Positions 39,348 through 49,415 of a stretch of DNA of 64,000 bases are shown here, in pieces. Location: contig DASYZL010000022.1 in assembly GCA_035946335.1 (NCBI GenBank), positions 401-64,400 on the forward strand. Reading direction: 5' to 3'. Below the pieces are notes generated by a model that saw only the letters and a list, made by a program, of their open reading frames with translations, was not told where the DNA came from and did no database searches. This DNA comes from Patescibacteria group bacterium (GTDB lineage: Bacteria > Patescibacteriota > Microgenomatia > Levybacterales > UBA12049). Both the position numbers and the translations under genes were made by a program. Numbering within the stretch: position 1 is the first letter of the stretch; each line of letters begins with the position of its first letter.

Positions 39348-39905
39348 GTGGCAAAAATTTTTCTTTTCCGTCATGGTCAAACGAGTGACAATAAAGACAA
39401 AATTTTTTCGGGATGGCGTAATGTTGATTTAACGCCTGAAGGGGAAAAAGAGGCAGAAAAAATAGCTGGGAAGTTGCGCAGTGAAACACCAACGAAAGCC
39501 TATGCTTCAGACCTGATTCGCTCACAACATACATTACAAATTGTTTTAGCTTCTCATCCCCCTGTACCAACAGTCATAGATCCTCGGATTAAAGAACGCG
39601 ATTATGGAAATCTTACCGGCAAAAGTAAAACCGAACTAGAAGAAAAAGATCCAGTGCATTTCCAGTTGTGGCATCGCTCTTATAACACTCCTCCCCCTGG
39701 GGGCGAAAGTATTGCAATGGTGGAAAAACGGGTGATTGCGTTTTTGCAAGAAATGTTTAACGACATGAAGCAAAACGATTGTATTTTTATCTCAGCGCAT
39801 GGCAATTCTATCCGCCCGATGCGCAAACACTTCGAACATTTGAGCAATGAAGAGATGTGCTCGTATGAGTATGCTCCCGCAACTGTTTTCTCCTACACGG
39901 TATAA
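39348..39905 (+). CDS. gpmA: 2,3-bisphosphoglycerate-dependent phosphoglycerate mutase
   Basis: FRHGQT, FSGWRNVDLT, ERDYGNLTG, RSY..PPPGGES, SAHGNSIR; GTG start 6 nt after TATGAT. Confidence 0.88.
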   Translation: MAKIFLFRHGQTSDNKDKIFSGWRNVDLTPEGEKEAEKIAGKLRSETPTKAYASDLIRSQHTLQIVLASHPPVPTVIDPRIKERDYGNLTGKSKTELEEKDPVHFQLWHRSYNTPPPGGESIAMVEKRVIAFLQEMFNDMKQNDCIFISAHGNSIRPMRKHFEHLSNEEMCSYEYAPATVFSYTV

Positions 39906-39927
39906 ATTTGCTATAATCGAGCAACTT

Positions 39928-40014
39928 GGAGGAGTCGCATAGCTGGTCCATTGCTTGAGTTCGCTAAACTCATGAGCTGTAAGGCTCGCGCAGGTTCGAA
40001 TCCTGTCTCCTCCG
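39928..40014 (+). tRNA. tRNA-Ser(GCT), with C at position 33
   Basis: GGAGGAG/CTCCTCC with G73, long variable arm, anticodon arm TGAGT-TC-GCT-AA-ACTCA, TTCGAAT. Confidence 0.92.
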
Positions 40015-40020
40015 CCCTAC

Positions 40021-40108
40021 GGAGAGATCGCATAGTGGTCGAGTGCATCGGTTTACTAAACCGACGAACAGTAATGTTCCGCGAGTTCGAATCTCGCTCT
40101 CTCCGCCA
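40021..40108 (+). tRNA. tRNA-Ser(ACT)
   Basis: GGAGAGA/TCTCTCC with G73 and encoded CCA, long variable arm GAACA-GTAA-TGTTC, anticodon arm TCGGT-TT-ACT-AA-ACCGA. Confidence 0.9.
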
Positions 40109-40227
40109 GTGAATTATTAGCTTCATTATTGTTTGAATCCATACCCGTGCATCACAACAACTCTCAAACATTGGCGGAATAATACGCTCCCCTGTCCTGA
40201 CTGTGCTATACTAGGAAAACTTCAAGT

Positions 40228-40806
40228 ATGATTGGTCGCATCAGGGGTACAATTGTTTTCCGCAATGATCCATACCTTCTCATTGACGTGCATGGTATCG
40301 GTTATAAAGTATTTGCGTCTCATACTGTTTTGCAACATGCACTCCTTGAACAGGATGCGATTATTTTTACCTACACGCATGTTCGTGAAGACGGTATTGA
40401 GCTATATGGTTTTCACACGGCCTCTGATCTGCAACTATTTGAACAGTTCATTAGTATCTCAGGTATCGGTCCGAAAACTGCGATTGGTATTTTTACAATC
40501 GGCAAACGGGAAGAAATTATTCATGCAATTCAACAGGCAGATGTTGATTTTTTTACTGCAGTCCCCCGTTTGGGGAGAAAAAACGCGCAAAAACTTATCA
40601 TTGAGTTAAAAAATAAAGTCGGTGGTCTTACTGAACTCGATTTATCTTCTGAAACAGACAGGGAGAAAAAAGATATTATTACTGCTTTGATCAGTATGGG
40701 TTTTAGTGAAAAAGAAGCATATCTCGCGCTCAAGCAAATCGGAGACAGCGGAAAAAATGCAACGGAAAAAATAAAACGTGCACTGCAAATTCTTGGTAAC
40801 GTATGA
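40228..40806 (+). CDS. ruvA: Holliday junction branch migration protein RuvA
   Basis: [39 protein letters not shown]. Confidence 0.97.
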   Translation: MIGRIRGTIVFRNDPYLLIDVHGIGYKVFASHTVLQHALLEQDAIIFTYTHVREDGIELYGFHTASDLQLFEQFISISGIGPKTAIGIFTIGKREEIIHAIQQADVDFFTAVPRLGRKNAQKLIIELKNKVGGLTELDLSSETDREKKDIITALISMGFSEKEAYLALKQIGDSGKNATEKIKRALQILGNV

Positions 40807-41816
40807 AACAACGCGAGCAACCGCTTATTGCCATAACAAAAGACGAAGAAGTGTTATTACAAAATGTACGTGCAGCTGCATGGGATGAATTTATTGGGCA
40901 GGAGCAGACAAAAACAGCGATCTCTATTGCCATTCAAGCAGCAAAAAAACGAAACGAAGCGATTGAACATGTACTGCTCTACGGCCCGCCTGGACTTGGG
41001 AAAACAACCCTTTCCCACCTGATTGCAAAAGAAATGGGGGCAAGTATTAAAGTTACCAGCGGACCGGCAATTGAACGCGCAGGAGATCTTGCATCAATCC
41101 TTACTAATTTGCAAAAGGGCGATGTACTGTTTATCGATGAAATCCACCGGTTACACAAAATAGTTGAAGAGGTGTTGTATCCGGCAATGGAGGATTTTTG
41201 TCTTGATATTATTGTCGGAAAAGGGCCGGGAGCGAGAACGTTACGACTCGACCTGCCACAATTTACTCTGATTGGCGCAACAACACAGGCAGGGCGGATT
41301 TCCGGACCGTTACGGGACCGGTTTGGCGTTGTCCATCGTCTGACGTTTTATTCACAGGAAGAACTTGCATCCATCCTGAAACAAGCAGCAGTAAAATTAA
41401 ACGTTATGGCTGATAAAGAAAGTATTCAAGAACTGGCAAAGCGCTCACGGGGCACCCCTCGTATTGCCTTGAAATTATTAAAACGTTCACGGGATTATGC
41501 CCAGGTAAAAGGCTCTGGAACTATTACGATTACGTTAACGCAGGAAGCCCTGCGCCTTCTTGACGTTGATGAACTGGGTCTTGACGCTTCAGACAAACGC
41601 CTGCTGTTTGCGTTAATTGAAAAGTATCGGGGTGGACCGGTTGGGCTTGAAACACTCGCTGCAACCATTTCAGAGGATGTGCATACCATTGAGGAAGTGA
41701 TTGAACCGTACTTACTCCAAATTGGGTTTTTGCAAAAAACGCCTCGGGGACGTATCGCGACTGTCCTGGCACATAAACATTTTGGGAAAAACCTTCAAAA
41801 TCTCCCGCTTCTTTAG
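40803..41816 (+). CDS. ruvB: Holliday junction branch migration helicase RuvB
   Basis: [45 protein letters not shown]. Confidence 0.98.
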   Translation: MKQREQPLIAITKDEEVLLQNVRAAAWDEFIGQEQTKTAISIAIQAAKKRNEAIEHVLLYGPPGLGKTTLSHLIAKEMGASIKVTSGPAIERAGDLASILTNLQKGDVLFIDEIHRLHKIVEEVLYPAMEDFCLDIIVGKGPGARTLRLDLPQFTLIGATTQAGRISGPLRDRFGVVHRLTFYSQEELASILKQAAVKLNVMADKESIQELAKRSRGTPRIALKLLKRSRDYAQVKGSGTITITLTQEALRLLDVDELGLDASDKRLLFALIEKYRGGPVGLETLAATISEDVHTIEEVIEPYLLQIGFLQKTPRGRIATVLAHKHFGKNLQNLPLL

Positions 41817-42169
41817 AATATCCAATTTACCAAGTGCACATTAAAAAAGAAACCTATCACGTTGACGATTAAAAACGCCAGAAAAGCAAATGCAAGGCCA
41901 AATATCGTATAAGTAATAGAGCGTTTTGCTTTCTCAAGTTTTTCATTGTCTCCCCCGCTGGTCAGCCATATAAAACCATTATAGACCATATACATAAGAG
42001 CTATCAGCGTCACAGCGAGAAAAAGGAGAGTGATAAAACCGGAAATAACGGTAAATGCATTGAATTGTAAGTAACCAGGAAGCGGCAGTGTTTGACCATT
42101 AATTGAAAGGGGAGCTCCTCCTGTGTTCCCACTAGCTCCTCCACCAATAAGTGCCGCTAAAAGCTTCAT
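41813..42169 (-). CDS. TrbC/VirB2-like pilin
   Basis: TM - [28 protein letters not shown] - TM, typical of CPR pilin family. Confidence 0.8.
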   Translation of the reverse strand: MKLLAALIGGGASGNTGGAPLSINGQTLPLPGYLQFNAFTVISGFITLLFLAVTLIALMYMVYNGFIWLTSGGDNEKLEKAKRSITYTIFGLAFAFLAFLIVNVIGFFFNVHLVNWIF

Positions 42170-42252
42170 ACATTCATGCTACCATGTTTTTTTAATAGTG
42201 AAAAGCTGGAGTTTCATTGACAACTGATTCATGCGCAAGCTATGCTGGATGT

Positions 42253-45200
42253 ATGGATGATGAAGAAAGACAAGGTGGCGTCGGTGTAGCAAACAGAACA
42301 GATCAGAATGCTGCTTCCCGTGGGCCACAATCCCACCCTGACCCGACGGATCAGGAAGCCCTGCGACAGTTTTTAGGAGAGCTGGATGCTTCTTCTCGAC
42401 AATCTAATCTGAGCGAAGAGCAAATTGAGCGCTTAGAACGTTTGAAGATAGTGACAGACTATCTAATAAAACAGCAGGAAGCTGCACGTAGTGGGCAGGA
42501 AGGATCTGGTTTGCGTAGTTACCTGAGTATGAAGGAAATTAACCCGCAGACATACGGATTTACCAATAGAGCCTACGAACAAAAATTAGCTCGATTAAAT
42601 AGCCTTATCCAAGCAGGAACCATTGATGAAGAATTTATTAGAAGTGACATACGGTATTTTGATGACATTGCAAAAGACATTAATGATCCTGACCATGATC
42701 GCGCTTTGCAGGTTGCCAATGACTTAACAACATTTTTAAGGCAGGTTGTTGCGCTACAAAGGGCTGAAGAATCCGCTCGCCAGGCAGAACAGTATATCGG
42801 CGCTAATGAACAATATCAGGAACGGACTGTTGGGGCAACGGGTCTGAAACCTGCAGATTTATTGAAAATCGGATCCGAAGGAAGAAGAAATAGAGAGAGA
42901 TTATTTAATGATGCACTTGCCGAAGTCGATGCAACGCCAACGAAACAGTTTGACCAGGTTTTTACTGTACTGAATCCTCCTTACGAACGGTATATGTGGT
43001 TAAAGAGAATGCTGCTTACTGTTGCCGAGAAGGGACAGTGGCAGGGAATTCCCCGCGATCTATCTCCTGCCGCAAGAGAACAACTGAAGAAAGAAGCGCG
43101 TCTAGATGTAGACAGGTTTGAACGGGAACTGGTGGTACGACGGTCACTCCATGATGCCATGCAGGTTTTCTATTTGCCAAGTATTAAAGCAGATAATGTT
43201 TTTGAATATGTCAATGGCTTTTCCTCGCACGACGGCGAATATGCGATGAAAATGACCGGTGTACAGGAAATGATGGATTTATACGAACAGGGGCTGCGGG
43301 AGGCAATGCTTGCAAATGACGGGTATTTACGTCCTGAAGATTTTCTTGGAGAGATTAAAACAGAAATTGTAGGTGGACAAACACAATATTCTTATTTTGG
43401 CGAATCGCCTGTTGATAAACGAGTGAAAGACCGGTACAGAGATTTATACAGGAGAAAGAAAATACGGATCGTGGATAGTAACGGAAAAGAATTATTAATC
43501 GGTGGGGATGAGTATTTAACGAATGCTGAAGTAGATAAAATTTTTGGTATTGCTAGAGGTATGATGGTGACTTCGCTTCGCATTCTCTCTATTGCGTCGG
43601 AGGCTCGAATTGCCCCACAAGGATTGTATACGAGTAATGTATTGCAGGATGTATTGCAGGGATATTCAAGTTATTTACAGCACATTATCGGCAAATACGG
43701 CATAGGCGGAAAAGGACTATCGATATTTCTTCACTCCAGAGAAGCAGAAAAGGGCTTCATCAAAGGCTTTCATAAACTTGCCCGATTTGGACAAAAAAAG
43801 AAGTGGCTGAATGCAATGCTGGGAAATGCGGACGATTTACTCTATAACGACGATGAAACGAAATATCCGCCTGATTTATATATCCGTAATCAGAATCCTG
43901 ACCGCGCAGGAGACGTGTTTACCTGGATTTCCTGGCGTGCAGGGGATATTGACAGTCCTGATAAATTGTCTATGACAAGGAGATTTATTCAGCAGGGACG
44001 AAGAGTATTTACAGACAGAGAAGGACGGATGCAGGAAGGGACTATGCTACAGGCATTCAGGGAAAAATTCGGCGAAAGACTTCCTGAGAATTTTAATTTT
44101 ACGACACTTTCTCTTCCTGTTGAAGGCGTTGATTATACCAAACCAGATCCGAACAATCCGGGAAATCAGATAAAATTGTCTGATGAAGAAATCTTTGTTG
44201 ACAATGCGGTACGGGCAGCGTTTGGAGAATTGGGCGAAACACAACGCGTCAAAGCAAGAGAAGAAATGAACAGATATTTCAATGAACTTGGCGCCTGGGT
44301 GGGAACAGGACTACGGTTTGAATTACTTCGGGGAAGGCTAGAGGATTTAGGAAGTCATGACCATGGAAAATTACATGCAGCACATGCAGCAGAGGCAACA
44401 GCGCATGCGCTTATTCAACGGATGGTTGAGCTACAACCTCACCGCTTATACCAGAAATCCAGAAAGCTTCGCAAGCGCTTGTCTTCACTTGGGATGAGTA
44501 ATGATGATGTCCAGGACGGTCTTGAGGGACTACAACTTGCTGAAAAAGCTTTATTTGACGACAGAAATAATCTGCTGAAAAAAGGAAAAAGCTTTGATGG
44601 TCATGATGGAGAATTCGTACAATCAGATAAAGTCCAATTACAGGACTATTTTGACAAAATAACAGAAGAAATAGAAAACGTACGAGAAGATTTATTTGGG
44701 GAACCAAGTGACACCCCTGAACAAAAATCGGCGAAGAAACAGGAAGCTATCGATAACGCGAAACGGAAAAAGGAACTCGCAAAGAAATTGTGGTCAGCAG
44801 TACAACAGGACTTCGCAATAAATAAACAAGCGTACTGGGATGAATGGATTACGTATCGACCATATAATCACGGGTATATCCCCTGGACAGGTGATATGCC
44901 TGTGAATGAATTTAATGTCGCAGCACTTGGTCCGACTGCCGGATTTGCAAGACGCGGCAGAGATAACCAGGCGCAAGGCAAAGCTATCAGTGCGGAAATG
45001 GGGATGCTTACGAGCATGAAACATAATGCAACAGCTGAAGAGGTCCTAAGTACACTTGCAGGAATATATAATGAGATTGCCGGGTATGATTCAGGAAAAG
45101 CAGCAACTGCTGTTGCAGAAAAAATGGAAGGTGTTATTGAATTGTGCAGGGGTCATTGGACAACAAATCTTCCAATTATCGGACAAACAATTAAATCTGC

Positions 45201-45456
45201 CGGCCATGGATCGCTTGCACGATCATTGTGGGGTCCTGGTGCACCGCTATGGACAAAAACAGAAATTAATTTCTTCATCGAACAAGCAGCACATAAAGAA
45301 CTTATTTCTCATGACGATATGCATAGGCTTATGGAGAAATATGCCTCAAACGAAATACTCGCAAGCAATGAAGTAACGCTTATGGGATTACAATTTGCTA
45401 TTATTGCGCTTGCGCTCTATATGGCACAACAATTGGCAAAAGAGGAAGCAAAGTAG
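42253..45456 (+). CDS. large hypothetical helical protein (about 1067 aa) with C-terminal hydrophobic segment
   Basis: 3.2-kb uninterrupted ORF, charged and helical; no recognised family. Confidence 0.85.
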   Translation: MDDEERQGGVGVANRTDQNAASRGPQSHPDPTDQEALRQFLGELDASSRQSNLSEEQIERLERLKIVTDYLIKQQEAARSGQEGSGLRSYLSMKEINPQTYGFTNRAYEQKLARLNSLIQAGTIDEEFIRSDIRYFDDIAKDINDPDHDRALQVANDLTTFLRQVVALQRAEESARQAEQYIGANEQYQERTVGATGLKPADLLKIGSEGRRNRERLFNDALAEVDATPTKQFDQVFTVLNPPYERYMWLKRMLLTVAEKGQWQGIPRDLSPAAREQLKKEARLDVDRFERELVVRRSLHDAMQVFYLPSIKADNVFEYVNGFSSHDGEYAMKMTGVQEMMDLYEQGLREAMLANDGYLRPEDFLGEIKTEIVGGQTQYSYFGESPVDKRVKDRYRDLYRRKKIRIVDSNGKELLIGGDEYLTNAEVDKIFGIARGMMVTSLRILSIASEARIAPQGLYTSNVLQDVLQGYSSYLQHIIGKYGIGGKGLSIFLHSREAEKGFIKGFHKLARFGQKKKWLNAMLGNADDLLYNDDETKYPPDLYIRNQNPDRAGDVFTWISWRAGDIDSPDKLSMTRRFIQQGRRVFTDREGRMQEGTMLQAFREKFGERLPENFNFTTLSLPVEGVDYTKPDPNNPGNQIKLSDEEIFVDNAVRAAFGELGETQRVKAREEMNRYFNELGAWVGTGLRFELLRGRLEDLGSHDHGKLHAAHAAEATAHALIQRMVELQPHRLYQKSRKLRKRLSSLGMSNDDVQDGLEGLQLAEKALFDDRNNLLKKGKSFDGHDGEFVQSDKVQLQDYFDKITEEIENVREDLFGEPSDTPEQKSAKKQEAIDNAKRKKELAKKLWSAVQQDFAINKQAYWDEWITYRPYNHGYIPWTGDMPVNEFNVAALGPTAGFARRGRDNQAQGKAISAEMGMLTSMKHNATAEEVLSTLAGIYNEIAGYDSGKAATAVAEKMEGVIELCRGHWTTNLPIIGQTIKSAGHGSLARSLWGPGAPLWTKTEINFFIEQAAHKELISHDDMHRLMEKYASNEILASNEVTLMGLQFAIIALALYMAQQLAKEEAK

Positions 45457-45503
45457 AAGATCTTCTTATTAGGACCCAATTCACCCATCTTTCAAGGAAC
45501 TAA

Positions 45504-47354
45504 TTAGTGGGGTTGACCACCTCTCGCCATTGCTATCTTCGCTTCTTCCCCGGTTGCATGGGAAAATTTCTGAATAAAGGGGATCCGTTTAAATAGCGGC
45601 ATTGAGGAAAGCCCGCTCAAAGTAAAGCCAATTGTCGAAACCTGTTGCAATACTCCCATTGGACTTCCTGCTGCAGCGCCATGCCCGATAATTCCTCCAG
45701 CTTTACTTTGTGGTGCTTTAATCGCAGCCTGAATAAGATCAGCTGCGCCAGGAATAAGAAATAAGATACCGATCGTAATTAAAGGTCCGAGAATTTCCTG
45801 ATTGCTCAGTCCCCCAATAAGCGGAGGAACAAATCCGTTTGCTCCAGGTTGTCCAAATTGATTGGCAAATACTGCTCCTAACAGGAGCATAAACAGTGTT
45901 GTTGGAAAAACTGCTAGATGCGCGACAAGCCCCTTTATCCATCCACCGAATCCACCGTTTTCAACAGGAAAAATGCCCATGACAATGAAAAACGGAGCTA
46001 AGGATACATCAATGAGCACACTGATATATGCCTTAATGAGGCTAATGAGAATTCTGAATAAAGCCATAAGGAGAGCAAGCGGTATCAAAATAAGACCAAT
46101 AAGTGCCCCCAGACTTCCCTGATCTGCAAATGTAAGGGCAGTAAGATTTGAAAGAACTCCTAGTGCTTCTGCCGCACTTGCTGGAGTGGCAATCAAACCA
46201 CCAGTTAAACCTGCAATAACAATACCTAATTGCCCACCTCCGGTAAGTTGAATTGCCTTCAAGATATAGGTAAGCGGTCCCGTGAGGGGATTAAAATTTC
46301 TTAGTAGTACTGCAAGTAAGATATTTGCTCCGTAACCTAAGGTGTAGTCCCAAAATGGTCCGGGAAACGATCCCTGGGTAAATACGGAGACTGCATGCGC
46401 CCCATTAAACCAGAGTTGAAAAAACCCTCCTCCTCCGATAGCAAACTGCAAGGGAGCTCCTATAATTGCGGTATTGTTTGTTGCTACCCCGAAGAGGGAA
46501 TTGAAATATCCGAGAACGTTTTGACTTTCAACAGCATTCATTGTGAGTACCGATGGTGAATTCGTTATGGAAATAGGCGCAGAAAAAGTGAGTACTTGAT
46601 GATTTGGAATGATTCCAGGGGATGCAAATAAATTGAGGATAAGTGAGGTTGCCACATACATCAGATCAACCAGAAAACCAGCGATGGCAAAGGAAAAAGT
46701 AACCAGGATAAGTCCAATGACAATTTTTGGTATCTGGTTTTGCACGCTCATAACTGTTCTCGGATCTATCTTCACCCGTAACATAATCAGAAGACCAATA
46801 AAAACAAAGACGAGCGCGAAAAACAGATAAACGAAATTACGAAAAATGACCCAGATATTCAATAGAGGTGTTAAGCCGCAAAACCCGATACTGTACGTAC
46901 AAGGAGGTGTAGTGATAGCATACGCCGGCTTCACCAGACCGAAATTTCTTCCCATATAGGTAAGGTAATCTGACGTATGTAGCGGCTGGTTTGTGTATGT
47001 GGCGATTATCGCCTGATTGACTAAAGCAAGCACCCCTCCCCCTTTCTTGACAAAGCCTATTTTTTGTGTTTTCGGATCAATGCCAAGACAAGACGCGTTT
47101 CTGTCAACCGGATCCACACCAGTAAGTTGACAACTCAGAGACGCTGCCACCTCAATCATAACATTCTGCGTCCATGTGTGAAGGTCTACGGGAACATTGG
47201 TATTTCTCTGAGAATCCTGGAGAAGCGCAGAAGCAGGTGTCTGGGCATGGACAAGGGGAAGGAAAATAAGAGAAGCAACAATAAAAATAACCGCAGCAGA
47301 AATGAAAACCTTCATATTTTTAGCGTAAAGAATTGCCTTTGAAAAGTCAATCAT
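45504..47354 (-). CDS. VirB6/TrbL-like polytopic membrane protein
   Basis: IWVIFRNFVY, GLLIMLR, PKIVIGLILVTFSFAIAGFLVDL, APFF...WIKGLVAHLAVFP; next to pilins. Confidence 0.7.
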   Translation of the reverse strand: MIDFSKAILYAKNMKVFISAAVIFIVASLIFLPLVHAQTPASALLQDSQRNTNVPVDLHTWTQNVMIEVAASLSCQLTGVDPVDRNASCLGIDPKTQKIGFVKKGGGVLALVNQAIIATYTNQPLHTSDYLTYMGRNFGLVKPAYAITTPPCTYSIGFCGLTPLLNIWVIFRNFVYLFFALVFVFIGLLIMLRVKIDPRTVMSVQNQIPKIVIGLILVTFSFAIAGFLVDLMYVATSLILNLFASPGIIPNHQVLTFSAPISITNSPSVLTMNAVESQNVLGYFNSLFGVATNNTAIIGAPLQFAIGGGGFFQLWFNGAHAVSVFTQGSFPGPFWDYTLGYGANILLAVLLRNFNPLTGPLTYILKAIQLTGGGQLGIVIAGLTGGLIATPASAAEALGVLSNLTALTFADQGSLGALIGLILIPLALLMALFRILISLIKAYISVLIDVSLAPFFIVMGIFPVENGGFGGWIKGLVAHLAVFPTTLFMLLLGAVFANQFGQPGANGFVPPLIGGLSNQEILGPLITIGILFLIPGAADLIQAAIKAPQSKAGGIIGHGAAAGSPMGVLQQVSTIGFTLSGLSSMPLFKRIPFIQKFSHATGEEAKIAMARGGQPH

Positions 47355-48097
47355 TACTGAAACCCGGGGATATGCAACAAATTGACGGTAATCAGTTGCA
47401 GAATCGCGACAGAAAAAACAATAAATAAAAGCCCGACAATTGCGCTGGTAAGGCCATCCCGTGCTTCCTGAAGTTTTTCTGCGTTACCGGATGATGCCAT
47501 GATCCGGTAACCGTTAAAGATAATAAGAAGAACAGCAATGCCACCGACAAAGCTGAGGATTATTTTTAATATATCAACAATGAACAATACCGGCTGTGTA
47601 CTTATAGCACCTAAAGCAGTAGCACACACGTCACTGGGGCAAAGCGGACTTTGTGTCGGCCAGCTCGTTGGAGTTGGAGCAGGAGTGATTGTGCAATAAT
47701 GGTTTGTGCCACACGTATAGGGAGTGCATTCAAAATTCGTCTGGCATTGAGCAGGAGTTGGAATTGGCGTGCAATAATAGTTATCACCAAAAATTCCTTG
47801 GAGTCCTGTAAAAAGACTGTTTTGAAACTGGGAAATACATGCGGATAGCTTATTACCGTCTATACACACTTCCCCTTTTCCACACGCAGGATTACAGCCG
47901 CTGGGTACAGTGGCGTTTGTAATACATGACTGGCCTGGTGTCAATCCGTTACTTGTGGAAGCGGTATTTGTATTTGTTGTTTGTTGAACGGCTGGAACTC
48001 CAATTGCTTCCACCATGCCTGGAAAAGCAATAAACAAGAGGAGGGTCACTATTAAAAAAAGAGAGGTTCGCAGGATTTTATTGTCTTGAAACATCAT
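47354..48097 (-). CDS. TrbC/VirB2-like pilin with Cys-rich N-terminal extension
   Basis: Signal peptide, Cys-rich domain, then GYRIMASSGNAEKLQEARDGLTSAIVGL. Confidence 0.78.
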   Translation of the reverse strand: MMFQDNKILRTSLFLIVTLLLFIAFPGMVEAIGVPAVQQTTNTNTASTSNGLTPGQSCITNATVPSGCNPACGKGEVCIDGNKLSACISQFQNSLFTGLQGIFGDNYYCTPIPTPAQCQTNFECTPYTCGTNHYCTITPAPTPTSWPTQSPLCPSDVCATALGAISTQPVLFIVDILKIILSFVGGIAVLLIIFNGYRIMASSGNAEKLQEARDGLTSAIVGLLFIVFSVAILQLITVNLLHIPGFQ

Positions 48098-48203
48098 GTA
48101 ACTTCAGTGTAAAACAAAAACGGATTTTCTTGCAAGGGGAAAGTAAGGAAGCAAGGCTTGACAGCACTTTACTACTTCTATAGCATAGAAGGAGTACTAC
48201 AAT

Positions 48204-49415
48204 ATGAAACGGTTTTTGTTTATTGGTTTTATTGTTGTTATTCTTCTGGCAATTCCTCTTACCATTTATATTCTTGTCAGCCAACAGACAAATACCAAAA
48301 GCGGCGCTGCTGCTTCTTCCCGTCTTGCATTTGTTGCGCCAACGAATCCTGTTGTGGTAGGTACTACCGTGAATATTCCGCTTACTGTTGATCCGACTGT
48401 TAACGGAGGAAGCAATGTCGTCTCGTTTGTGAAAGCAACGTTCACCTATGACGGCAATAAATTACAAGTGGGAGGTACATATTTTACGAATAGTACTGCA
48501 TTTTCACAAACGCTTCAGGGACCAACGAATACATGCGACAGCAATAATGTGTGCACAATTAGCGTTACCGTTGCCATTCCTTACTCCCAGCAGGTACAAG
48601 GGGTAACTTCACCGACAACGGTAGGAACATTTTCGTTTACGCCGCAGGCAGCAACAGATCCATCTTCTCCGACAACACTTAATTTTGTGCAAGGACAGCA
48701 ACAGATACTTTCCCTTGCGACTGCAGACCAGCCATCTGAAAATGTTTTCGTTGGTGCCACAGCATTACCAATCACCATAATTTCCAATGCATCGTCAAAT
48801 GGAACACCAGTCCCCACAGATACTCCCAATCCTTCCGATACTCCCTATCCTAATCCTGATACGCCAACACCAACTCAAGCAGTGACTTATAATAGTTCGA
48901 ACAATGCAAGCAATAATTCTTCCTCGAACACGAGCAGTTCAGGACCTACGTGCAGTAGTCTTACTGCCGATCAGACGTCGGGAACTTCCCCGTTTACTGT
49001 TACCTTTACTGCCTCTGGCACAAGTAGTAGTTCAACAATCTCACAAGTTACCTTTAACTTCGGTGATGGATACACGCAGAATGTGTCAACAGGAGGCGGC
49101 ATTGGTACGGCAAATGTCTCAGAGTCAATTTCACATGCATATCAATCAAGCGGTTCTTACACGGCAACGGCAGTATTTACTGATGCGAACGGCAACGCAA
49201 GTCAATCAAATGCCTGTTCACGGACAATTACCGTATATGCTCTACCCACGGCAACACCTACTCCTACACCTGTTCAAGTAGCGCAAACAAATGGGTCAAC
49301 CGTTCACCCGGTAACAACTGTCGGCGCAACAGGACCGGGAAGTACATTTCTTTATGCAGGTATTGGCGGAGCTATTATGACAACCATAGGATTAGTTGTT
49401 CTGTTTATCCTATGA
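48204..49415 (+). CDS. surface protein with cohesin-like and PKD domains, PT-rich linkers and C-terminal TM
   Basis: N-terminal TM, FTYDGNKLQ, NFGDG...SHAYQSSGSYTAT (PKD), PTPTP linkers, TGP plus TM. Confidence 0.8.
   Translation: MKRFLFIGFIVVILLAIPLTIYILVSQQTNTKSGAAASSRLAFVAPTNPVVVGTTVNIPLTVDPTVNGGSNVVSFVKATFTYDGNKLQVGGTYFTNSTAFSQTLQGPTNTCDSNNVCTISVTVAIPYSQQVQGVTSPTTVGTFSFTPQAATDPSSPTTLNFVQGQQQILSLATADQPSENVFVGATALPITIISNASSNGTPVPTDTPNPSDTPYPNPDTPTPTQAVTYNSSNNASNNSSSNTSSSGPTCSSLTADQTSGTSPFTVTFTASGTSSSSTISQVTFNFGDGYTQNVSTGGGIGTANVSESISHAYQSSGSYTATAVFTDANGNASQSNACSRTITVYALPTATPTPTPVQVAQTNGSTVHPVTTVGATGPGSTFLYAGIGGAIMTTIGLVVLFIL

Noticed and set aside
39911-40171. 86-aa - strand ORF; also possible tRNA-Sec or suppressor identity of the long-arm tRNAs
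   Set aside because: The ORF is antisense to two tRNAs; the tRNAs have 7-bp acceptor stems and GCT/ACT anticodons, not TCA or CTA.
48820-49280. Short PT/PDTP and Ser/Asn-rich repeats
   Set aside because: Ordinary low-complexity linkers in a surface protein, not a DNA repeat array.
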